From: Alphaproteobacteria bacterium
Lineage (GTDB): Bacteria > Pseudomonadota > Alphaproteobacteria > SHVZ01
Assembly (NCBI GenBank): GCA_016869375.1
Contig: VGEH01000005.1
Coordinates: forward strand, 1 to 59,885
DNA: 59,885 bases
Reading direction: 5' to 3'
A program made the position numbers and the translations under genes. Positions 27,626 to 35,772 of the stretch are shown here, one piece after another (positions within the stretch are counted from its first letter, which is position 1; each line of letters starts with the position of its first letter). Under the pieces are notes generated by a model. That model worked only from the letters and a program-made list of their open reading frames with translations. It was not told the origin of the DNA and ran no database searches.

Positions 27626-28078
27626 GTGCCCAAGATCGACCTCGCCGCCGTACCGGAACGCAAAGGCGCCGGCTATCCCGCTCCCTTCGACGCGCCTTGC
27701 GCCGAGCGCATCCGGCAGCGCCTCGGCAATACCGGAGGGCTCACCGATTTCGGCGTCAACCTGATGCGCCTGCCGCCCGGAAACTGGTCGAGCCAGCGTC
27801 ACTGGCACTCGCATGAGGACGAGTTCGTCTATGTGCTCGAAGGCGACCTCGTCCTCGTCGAGGATGGCGGCGAGACGCTGCTGCGCGCCGGCGACTGCGC
27901 GGCGTTTCCGAAGAACAGCGGCAATGGCCATCACCTGATCAACCGGTCCGACGCGATGGCGGTCTATCTGGAGGTCGGCTCGCGCGCGCCCGACGACATG
28001 ACCACCTGCTCAGACGTCGACATGAAGAGCGCCAACAGCGACGGCCGCTTCGTGCACAAGGATGGGACGCCTTACTGA
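27626..28078 (+). CDS. Cupin-domain protein
   Basis: Only the last 150 aa of track ORF 26798-28078 are used, from an in-frame GTG at 27626. Cupin motif HWHSHEDEFVYVLEGDLVLVEDGGE...GNGHHLIN. Confidence 0.7.
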   Translation: MPKIDLAAVPERKGAGYPAPFDAPCAERIRQRLGNTGGLTDFGVNLMRLPPGNWSSQRHWHSHEDEFVYVLEGDLVLVEDGGETLLRAGDCAAFPKNSGNGHHLINRSDAMAVYLEVGSRAPDDMTTCSDVDMKSANSDGRFVHKDGTPY

Positions 28079-30142
28079 CTACTCCCTGCGTCGTCTCCGC
28101 CTTCCCTCGCCGCCCGCCGCCACCGTCTCCTTCCGCTCGGGGAGCTTCACCGCCGCCGCCAGGTTCGGGAATACGTCGACGCGATTGGGGAAGCCGATCG
28201 CGTTGACGAAATGCTCCTGGAAGCGCGGCTCGACCGCGGTCTCGATCTTCTCGATCCGGCGGACGAGCCCCTCGATCTCGCGGCGATGGCCGCGGTTGAG
28301 CAGCGCCATGCGGGCACCAGTACCGGCGGCGTTGCCGACCGCCGAGACCTTGTCGAGCGCGCAGTCCGGCACGAGGCCGATGATCATCGCGTGCTTCGGG
28401 TCGATATGGCTGCCGAAGGCGCCGGCGAGCTTGATGCGGTCGACCTTGTCGATGCCGAGCTTGTCCATCAAGAGCTTGCACCCTGCATAGAGCGCCGCCT
28501 TGGCGAGCTGGATCGCTCGCACGTCGTTCTGCGTCACCTTGATCTCGACCGGCTCGGTGCGCAGCACATAGGAGAAGGTACGCCCGTCCGGGACGATGCG
28601 CGGCGTCCGTGCGGCGAGCGACCCGTCGATCATGCCGTCATGAGTGATGACGCCGGCCAGGAACAGCTCCGCCACCGCCTCGATGATGCCCGAGCCGCAG
28701 ATGCCGGTGACGCCGACACGGTCGACCCCGATATCGAAGCCTTCCTCGTCCGACCATTGGTTAACGTCGATGACCTTGATCCGCGGCTCCAGGGTCTCCA
28801 GATCGACGCGCACGCGTTCGATCGCACCCGGCGCGGCGCGCTGACCGGAGGAGATCTGCGCCCCCTCGAAGGCCGGTCCCGTCGGCGAGCTTGCGGCAAG
28901 CAAACGGTCGGCGCTGCCGAGCACGATCTCGGCATTCGTGCCGACATCGATGACCAGCGTGATCTCCTGCACCTTATGCGGCGCTTCGGCCAGGGTCACC
29001 GCCGCCGCGTCGGCGCCGACATGGCCGGCGATGCACGGCAGGATGTAGGCGCGGCCGGACTTCAGGATCGGCAGGCCGAGACCCTGCGCACGCAGGTCGA
29101 GCGCCTGCGAGACGGCGAGCGGGAACGGCGCCTGGCCCAGCGGCGTCGGATCGATGCCGAGATAGAGGTGATGCATGATCGGGTTGCCGACCAGCACCGC
29201 CTCGACGATTTCTTCCTGTGCGACGGCGCCCTGCCCGGCAACGCGGCCGATCAGCGTGTTGACGGCATCGCGCACGGCATCGGTAAGCGCGCCCCGGCCG
29301 TCCGGGTTCATCATCACATAGGACACGCGCGACATCAGGTCTTCGCCGAAGCGGATCTGCGGGTTCGCGGTGCCGGCCGACGCGACGGTCCTACCAGACA
29401 TCAGGTCGACGAGATGGCAGGCGATCGTGGTCGAGCCGATATCGACGGCGACGCCGAACAGCCGCTCGCGATAGCCAGGCCAGACGCCGACGACGCGCGG
29501 CCGTCCGCCATCCTGATGCACGGCGACGGTCGCCTTGTACCCGCCCTTGATCAGGGCCGGCTGCACGTCGGGCAGGATCGCCACATCGATCAGCACGTCG
29601 GCGATGCCCCATTTCTCGCCGAGATGCGCGATGACGCGATCGAGATCGCCATTCGGGACTGCCATGTCCGGCGGATCGATCTCGATGTAGTGAAGATGCG
29701 TGGCAAGGTCGCGAACGATGACCCGTGTCTCCGCGCGCTTGCGGACGACCTGGGTGTTCACCGCGACATCGGCCGGCACATCGATGACGATGTCGCCCAG
29801 GATCTTCGCCGCGCAGCTCAGGCGCCGACCGGCCGGCAGCGATCGGATATCGGCGTAGCGCTGCTCGGTCTCGGAACGCCCGGTCAGGCTGTCGGCGCGC
29901 GAGGTGATGCCGTGCTTGGCGAAGACGCCTTCGGCCACCTCGACCTGGCAGCGCCCGCAGAGGCCGCGGCCGCCGCAGACCGACTCGATGTAGACGCCGA
30001 GCGAGCGCGCCGCATCGAGCACAGGCGTGCCGGCGGCGAAGCGCCCACGCCTGCCGCTCGGCATGAAGATGACGAGCGCGTCGTCGGTCTTGGCTGGAGT
30101 ATCCGGCACCGGTCTATTCCGCGCGACCGCCGTTGGCGACAA
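28079..30142 (-). CDS. RamA/RACo-like corrinoid reductive activator: [2Fe-2S] ferredoxin domain plus ASKHA ATPase (DUF4445)
   Basis: N-terminal plant-type ferredoxin VIFMPSGRR...CGGRGLCGRCQV. Central and C-terminal ASKHA/DUF4445 blocks (AVDIGSTTIACHLVDL, VIDVGTNAEIVLG, ICGSGIIE). TTG start at 30142, alternative GTG at 30109. Confidence 0.85.
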   Translation of the reverse strand: MSPTAVARNRPVPDTPAKTDDALVIFMPSGRRGRFAAGTPVLDAARSLGVYIESVCGGRGLCGRCQVEVAEGVFAKHGITSRADSLTGRSETEQRYADIRSLPAGRRLSCAAKILGDIVIDVPADVAVNTQVVRKRAETRVIVRDLATHLHYIEIDPPDMAVPNGDLDRVIAHLGEKWGIADVLIDVAILPDVQPALIKGGYKATVAVHQDGGRPRVVGVWPGYRERLFGVAVDIGSTTIACHLVDLMSGRTVASAGTANPQIRFGEDLMSRVSYVMMNPDGRGALTDAVRDAVNTLIGRVAGQGAVAQEEIVEAVLVGNPIMHHLYLGIDPTPLGQAPFPLAVSQALDLRAQGLGLPILKSGRAYILPCIAGHVGADAAAVTLAEAPHKVQEITLVIDVGTNAEIVLGSADRLLAASSPTGPAFEGAQISSGQRAAPGAIERVRVDLETLEPRIKVIDVNQWSDEEGFDIGVDRVGVTGICGSGIIEAVAELFLAGVITHDGMIDGSLAARTPRIVPDGRTFSYVLRTEPVEIKVTQNDVRAIQLAKAALYAGCKLLMDKLGIDKVDRIKLAGAFGSHIDPKHAMIIGLVPDCALDKVSAVGNAAGTGARMALLNRGHRREIEGLVRRIEKIETAVEPRFQEHFVNAIGFPNRVDVFPNLAAAVKLPERKETVAAGGEGRRRRRRE

Positions 30143-30410
30143 GAGCCTTCAGCTTTTCGTCGTCATACTCCGCCTCGAGCGCGGCGATCGCCGTCTCGAG
30201 CTCGGCTTTGAGATCGCTTCCGCACTCCTCCGACACGCGGCGGTATTCCTCGGTATAGGCATCGGCCGAGCGGGCGCCCGACTTCATTGCGGCGACGTCG
30301 ATCGCCTTGGCAAAGCGCTCGGACAGTTCGCGCTTTTCGGCCGTACGCCCTTGCCGCACAATGACCTGCGCGGGGATGTCGCGCCAAAAGATGGTGATAC
30401 GCTGCGCCAT
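30114..30410 (-). CDS. Small 'virulence factor'-domain protein (uncharacterised, corrinoid-cluster associated)
   Basis: 98 aa, MAQRITIFWRDIPAQVIV.... I recognise the family as a frequent neighbour of DUF4445 and MtrH-like genes. Function unknown. Confidence 0.5.
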   Translation of the reverse strand: MAQRITIFWRDIPAQVIVRQGRTAEKRELSERFAKAIDVAAMKSGARSADAYTEEYRRVSEECGSDLKAELETAIAALEAEYDDEKLKALVANGGRAE

Positions 30411-30449
30411 TCAGACTATGTCCTGTTCCGTACGATCTGCGAGGAATGG

Positions 30450-31457
30450 ATGTCGAGCCGTTTCGAAGAGCTTCTGAAGACCAAGGGCCGTCTGCTTGCC
30501 GATGGCGCGACCGGAACCAACCTGTTCGAGATGGGCCTCTTGTCGGGGGATGCGCCCGAGCTCTGGAACGAGACACAGCCGGAGAAGATCCGCACGCTGC
30601 ACCAGAGCTTCGTCGACGCCGGGGCCGACATCATCCTCACGAACACCTTCGGGTGCAACAGGCGCCGCCTGATGCTGCACAAGGCGGAAGGTCGCACCCG
30701 CGAGTTGAACCGGCTGGGCGCCGAGATCGCCCGCTCCGTCGCCGACAAGGCAGGACGGCCGGTGATCGTTGCCGGCTCGGTCGGCCCGACGGGCGACCTG
30801 CTGATTCCGCTCGGCCCCTTGAGCGAGGACGACGCCGTCGAGGTCTTCGTCGAGCAGATCGAAGGCCTGAAGGCCGGCGGGGCCGACGTCGCCTGGATCG
30901 AGACCATGTCGGCGATCGAGGAGATGCGTGCCGCCGCCGCCGCCGCGATCAAGGTCGGCATGCCCTATACCGTGACCGCGACCTTCGACACCGCCGGGCG
31001 CACAATGATGGGTGCGACGCCCGAAGCGGTTGCCGCCTTCCTCAAAGGCCTTGAGCCGAAGCCGATCGCGATCGGCGCCAATTGCGGCGTCGGCGCGTCC
31101 GACCTGATCTATTCCGTCATGCAGATCACCGAGGCGGCGCCCGATGCGTTGGTCATCGCCAAGGGCAATTGCGGCATCCCGAAATTCGTCGGGACCCAGG
31201 TCGAATACACCGGCACGCCGGCCGTCATGGCCGAGTACGCCAGACTTGCGCTGGACACCGGCGCCCGCATTGTCGGCGGCTGCTGCGGAACCTCGGCCGA
31301 TCATCTCGCCGCCATGCGTCAGGCCCTCGATACGCACCAGCCGGGCGAACGCCCCGACCTGGCGAAGGTGATCCAGTGCATCGGTCCCCTGACCGCGCCG
31401 CCGGCCGATACGACCGCCGAGCCGAAACGCCGGGCCGGACGGCGGCGGAGCGCCTGA
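30450..31457 (+). CDS. Homocysteine S-methyltransferase-domain protein (MetH Hcy-binding module or BHMT-like)
   Basis: GATGTNLF...ILTNTF N-terminal block. Zn-ligand motifs GANCG and GGCCGT. GAGGA lies 5 nt before the ATG at 30450. The track ORF's upstream extension is discarded. Confidence 0.85.
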   Translation: MSSRFEELLKTKGRLLADGATGTNLFEMGLLSGDAPELWNETQPEKIRTLHQSFVDAGADIILTNTFGCNRRRLMLHKAEGRTRELNRLGAEIARSVADKAGRPVIVAGSVGPTGDLLIPLGPLSEDDAVEVFVEQIEGLKAGGADVAWIETMSAIEEMRAAAAAAIKVGMPYTVTATFDTAGRTMMGATPEAVAAFLKGLEPKPIAIGANCGVGASDLIYSVMQITEAAPDALVIAKGNCGIPKFVGTQVEYTGTPAVMAEYARLALDTGARIVGGCCGTSADHLAAMRQALDTHQPGERPDLAKVIQCIGPLTAPPADTTAEPKRRAGRRRSA

Positions 31458-31463
31458 GGGCGT

Positions 31464-31481
31464 GGGGGCGATGTCGCCCCC
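31464..31481 (+). terminator. Hairpin just after the Hcy-methyltransferase stop (possible attenuator or partial terminator)
   Basis: GGGGGCGA tg TCGCCCCC, a perfect 8-bp inverted repeat 7 nt past the stop. No U-tract. Confidence 0.3.
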
Positions 31482-31575
31482 GGCCTCATGATGGTCGCAA
31501 ATGCGGTGAATCGGCATCGGAACGCGACTAGGCTTGGCCCAAAGCCGACCCCGCTCCCGGGGCCGAAAGCGAGCG

Positions 31576-32826
31576 ATGGCTGAAGTCTTCAAGGACCCGC
31601 GGAAACGCGCCTATCTCAATCCCGACGGGGCCGACAAGCCGCTGAAGAGCCCGATTCCGCTGGCGACGCTCAAGGACGCCCGCGCCTACCGCCTCGGCCG
31701 CCTCCGCGAGCAGCTCCGACGCCACGACTGCGCCGCGATCCTGCTCTACGACCCGGTCAACATCCGCTACGCCCTCGACGTCTCCAACATGCAGCTGTGG
31801 ATGACGCACAACCCCTCGCATTACGCGATGGTCTGCACCGACGGGCCGACGATCGATTTCGAATACAAGGGCTCCGAGCACGTCGCCAAGGGCATCGAGA
31901 CCATCGACGAGATCCGTCCCGCGATCTCCTGGTTCTACTTCTCCGCGGGCAGCAACGTCGTCGAGCGCTGCGAGAAGTGGGCTGATGAGATCGCCGACGT
32001 GGTCCGCCAGCATGGCGGCGGCAACAAGCGCCTCGCCGTCGACAAGCTGGAACCCTTAGGCGTCGATGCGCTCCGCAAGCGCGGCATCACCCTGGTCGAA
32101 GGCCAGGAGCTGACCGAGATCGCGCGCTGCATCAAGAACCCGGCCGAGCTCGAGCTGATGAGCTGGACCGTGCGGGTCTGCGAAGCGTCGATGGCGCGCA
32201 TGTACGAGCGCTCCGAGCCGGGACGCACGGAGAATGAGATCTGGGCCGAGATGCATTTCGAGAACATCCGCTCCGGCGGCGAGTGGGTCGAGACGCGGCT
32301 TCTCGCCTCCGGGCCGCGCACCAATCCCTGGTTCCAGGAATGCTCGGACCATGTCTGCCAGGAAGGCGACATCCTCGCCTTCGACACCGATCTGATCGGC
32401 CCCTACGGCTACTGCGCCGACCTTTCGCGCTCCTGGACCATCGGCCATACGCGGATGAGCAACGAGCAGCGCACGCTTTACGGCGCAGCGCGCGAGCAGA
32501 TCGACCACAACCTCTCGATCCTCAAGGCAGGGATGAGCTTCCGGGAGTTCAACGAAAAGTCCTGGAAGATCCCGGAGAAGTACCTCTCCCGCCGCTACTC
32601 CGTGGTGATGCATGGCGTCGGCCTGGCCGATGAATGGCCGTCGATCCCGCTGCATCCCGATTTCGCCCGCGCCTATGACGGGACCTTCGAAGAGAACATG
32701 GTGGTCTGCGTCGAGAGCCTGATCGGCGAGGAAGGCGGGCGCGAATGCATCAAGCTCGAGACCCAGGTCGTGATCGGCGCCGGCAGCGCCCGGCGGCTTG
32801 ACAGCTTCCCCTGGGAAGAGGTTTAG
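31576..32826 (+). CDS. M24-family (creatinase/prolidase fold) protein, DddP-like
   Basis: Blocks NMQLWMTHNP, GGEWVETRLLASGPRTNPWFQEC, FDTDLIGPYGYCADLSRSW, MHGVGLADEWP and CVESLIGEEGGRECIKLETQV match my recollection of DMSP lyase DddP. An alternative TTG at 31534 would add an Arg-rich N-terminal extension. Confidence 0.8.
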   Translation: MAEVFKDPRKRAYLNPDGADKPLKSPIPLATLKDARAYRLGRLREQLRRHDCAAILLYDPVNIRYALDVSNMQLWMTHNPSHYAMVCTDGPTIDFEYKGSEHVAKGIETIDEIRPAISWFYFSAGSNVVERCEKWADEIADVVRQHGGGNKRLAVDKLEPLGVDALRKRGITLVEGQELTEIARCIKNPAELELMSWTVRVCEASMARMYERSEPGRTENEIWAEMHFENIRSGGEWVETRLLASGPRTNPWFQECSDHVCQEGDILAFDTDLIGPYGYCADLSRSWTIGHTRMSNEQRTLYGAAREQIDHNLSILKAGMSFREFNEKSWKIPEKYLSRRYSVVMHGVGLADEWPSIPLHPDFARAYDGTFEENMVVCVESLIGEEGGRECIKLETQVVIGAGSARRLDSFPWEEV

Positions 32827-32864
32827 AGATCAAAGGTTTACGCGATCTTAAGGACTTGAAGGCC

Positions 32865-33565
<701 letters not shown>

Positions 33566-33566
<1 letters not shown>

Positions 33567-34219
33567 TGCCTGAGGACGCCGCCACGGGAACGACGCGGCG
33601 TCAGCTCGTCCTTGCCTGCGGCGCCCTCGCGCGCGAGGTGAACGCGGTGATCGCCGCCAACCATCTGCATCACGTCACGCTGCACTGCCTACCGGCGAGC
33701 CTGCACAACCGACCGGAAAGGATCCCCGAAGCCGTCCGCGCCGCGGTCCGCGAGCATCGCGACGAGTACGACGACATCCTGATCGGCTATGCCGATTGCG
33801 GCACCGGCGGCGAGCTCGACAAGGTCCTCGACGAAGAGGGCCTGCAGCGCCTGCCCGGCGCGCATTGTTACGCGTTCTTCTCTGGCGTTTCCGCCTTCGA
33901 CCGGCGCGCCGAAGAGGACATGCGGGCCTTCTTCTTGACCGACTTCCTGGCGCGCCAATTCGAGACGCTGGTGATCGAAGGCCTCGGCCTGGATCGTCAT
34001 CCCGAGCTGCGCGACGCCTATTTCGGCCATTACGAGAAGGTCGTCTACCTGGCACAGACAGACGATCCGCGCTTGAAGCAAGAGGCGGAGGCCGCGGCGA
34101 AACGGCTCGGCCTGGACTACGAGTACCGATTTGTCGGTCTCGGCGAGCTTACCCCGGCGATCGTCGATTTCGCCGAGGAGCCGCTGCGACCGAAAGAGAA
34201 GAGGATGGGCGAACGATGA
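33566..34219 (+). CDS. DUF1638-domain protein
   Basis: 217 aa. GYADCGTGGELD and HCY blocks typical of DUF1638. TGATG-coupled to the corrinoid gene and ATGA-coupled to mttB paralogue 2. Confidence 0.8.
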
Positions 34220-35772
34220 CCGCAGAACGCACCGTCGAACGCGGAGCCGGCGAGCGCCGGGCCCGCCGCAAGGCCGAGGCGAGCGCGGGCGTGCCGCAGC
34301 CGCCCTGGGCGCCGATCCGCAACCCGATGCCGCCGCTCGAGCTGCTCGACGAGGACGGCGTGCGCCGCATCGACGACACCGCGCTCCGCGTGCTGGAAGA
34401 ACTCGGCATCGAGTTCCTGAACGACGAAGCCCTCGACGCTTTCGAGAAGGCCGGCTGCAAGGTCGACCGCTCGACCAAGCTGGTGCGTTTCGACCGCGCC
34501 ATGCTCAAGGAGACCATCGCCAAGGCGCCGCGGCAGTTCCGGCTCTTCGCCCGCAATCCTGAGCGCAACCTCGTCATCGGCGACAACACGATCAATGTCG
34601 GCCCGGTCGGCAGCCCGCCGAACGTCTCCGACCTCGACAACGGCCGCCGCCCGGGCACCTATCAGGACGTCGTCAACCTGATCAAGCTGAACCAGATGCT
34701 GACCTGCGTGCACCACGCCGGCGGCACGCTGACCGAGGCGCTCGACCTCCCCGCCGACTCCCGCCATCTCGACCTCTACCGCGCGCATACTTTCCTCACC
34801 GACCGCTGCTTCATCGGCCGCGGCATCGGGCGCGAGCGCATCACGGACGCGATCGAGATGATCTGTCTCGCCCGCGGCATCACGCACGAGCAGCTGAAGG
34901 CCGAGCCGACGCTGATGACGGTCATCAACGTCAACTCGCCGCGCCGCGTCGACAAGGAGATGATCGCCGGATTGATGGCGATGACCGAGCACGGCCAGCC
35001 CTGCATCGTCACGCCCTTCACGCTGGCCGGCGCGATGAGCCCGGTCACCATCGCCGGGGCGCTGGCTCAGCAGACCGCCGAGGCGCTGGCGGTGATCGCG
35101 CTGATCCAGCTCTTGAGGCCGGGAACGCCGGTGATCTTCGGCGGCTTCACCTCCAACGTCGACATGAAGTCGGGGGCACCGGCCTTCGGCACGCCGGAAT
35201 ATGTCCGCTCGACCATCATCGGCGGCCAGATCGCGCGGCGCTGGGGCCTGCCCTACCGGTCGAGCAACGTGAACGCGTCGAACTGCGTCGACGCGCAGTC
35301 GACGCATGAATCGCTGATGTCGATCTGGGCCTGCATCATGTCGCATGTCCATTTCATGCATCACGGCACCGGCTGGCTCGAAGGCGGCCTCGTCGCCTCC
35401 TATGAGAAGGTCATCGTCGACGCCGAAGCGCTCCACGCGATGGCGGCGTGGCTGAAGCCGATGGATCTCTCCGACGATGCCCTCGCCTTCGAGGCGCTCA
35501 AGGAGGTGCCGCCCGGCGGGCATTTCTTCGGCGCCACCCACACCATGGCGCGCTACGAGCACGCCTTCCACACGCACCTGATCGCCGACTGGCGGAACTT
35601 CCAGTCCTGGCAGGAGGCCGGCGCGCTCAATGCGACCCAGCGCGCCAACGTCGTGTGGAAGAAGCTGCTCGAAAGCTATGTCGAGCCGCCGCTCGATCAG
35701 GGCAAGAAGGAAGCGATCGACGCCTTCGTCGCCAGGCGCAAGACCGAGATCACCCAGCGCGGGATCGTTTAG
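34216..35772 (+). CDS. MttB-superfamily (non-pyrrolysine) methyltransferase, paralogue 2
   Basis: 518 aa from the ATG at 34216; the track ORF's 5' extension overlaps DUF1638 and is discarded. Same conserved blocks as paralogue 1 (TPFTLAGAMSPVTIAGALAQQTAEALAVIAL, GGFTSNVDMKSGAPAFGTPE). No in-frame stop. Confidence 0.9.
   Translation: MTAERTVERGAGERRARRKAEASAGVPQPPWAPIRNPMPPLELLDEDGVRRIDDTALRVLEELGIEFLNDEALDAFEKAGCKVDRSTKLVRFDRAMLKETIAKAPRQFRLFARNPERNLVIGDNTINVGPVGSPPNVSDLDNGRRPGTYQDVVNLIKLNQMLTCVHHAGGTLTEALDLPADSRHLDLYRAHTFLTDRCFIGRGIGRERITDAIEMICLARGITHEQLKAEPTLMTVINVNSPRRVDKEMIAGLMAMTEHGQPCIVTPFTLAGAMSPVTIAGALAQQTAEALAVIALIQLLRPGTPVIFGGFTSNVDMKSGAPAFGTPEYVRSTIIGGQIARRWGLPYRSSNVNASNCVDAQSTHESLMSIWACIMSHVHFMHHGTGWLEGGLVASYEKVIVDAEALHAMAAWLKPMDLSDDALAFEALKEVPPGGHFFGATHTMARYEHAFHTHLIADWRNFQSWQEAGALNATQRANVVWKKLLESYVEPPLDQGKKEAIDAFVARRKTEITQRGIV

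Noticed and set aside
28211-30211. 666-aa plus ORF antisense to the RamA-like gene. Similar long antisense ORFs are at 43022-44845, 54101-56032, 16058-17497 and 11754-13220.
   Set aside because: No domain signatures and Arg/Asp/Gly-rich sequence. Each lies opposite a gene with strong motifs (ferredoxin/ASKHA, ABC ATPase, S9 peptidase, SoxB, CysG-like).
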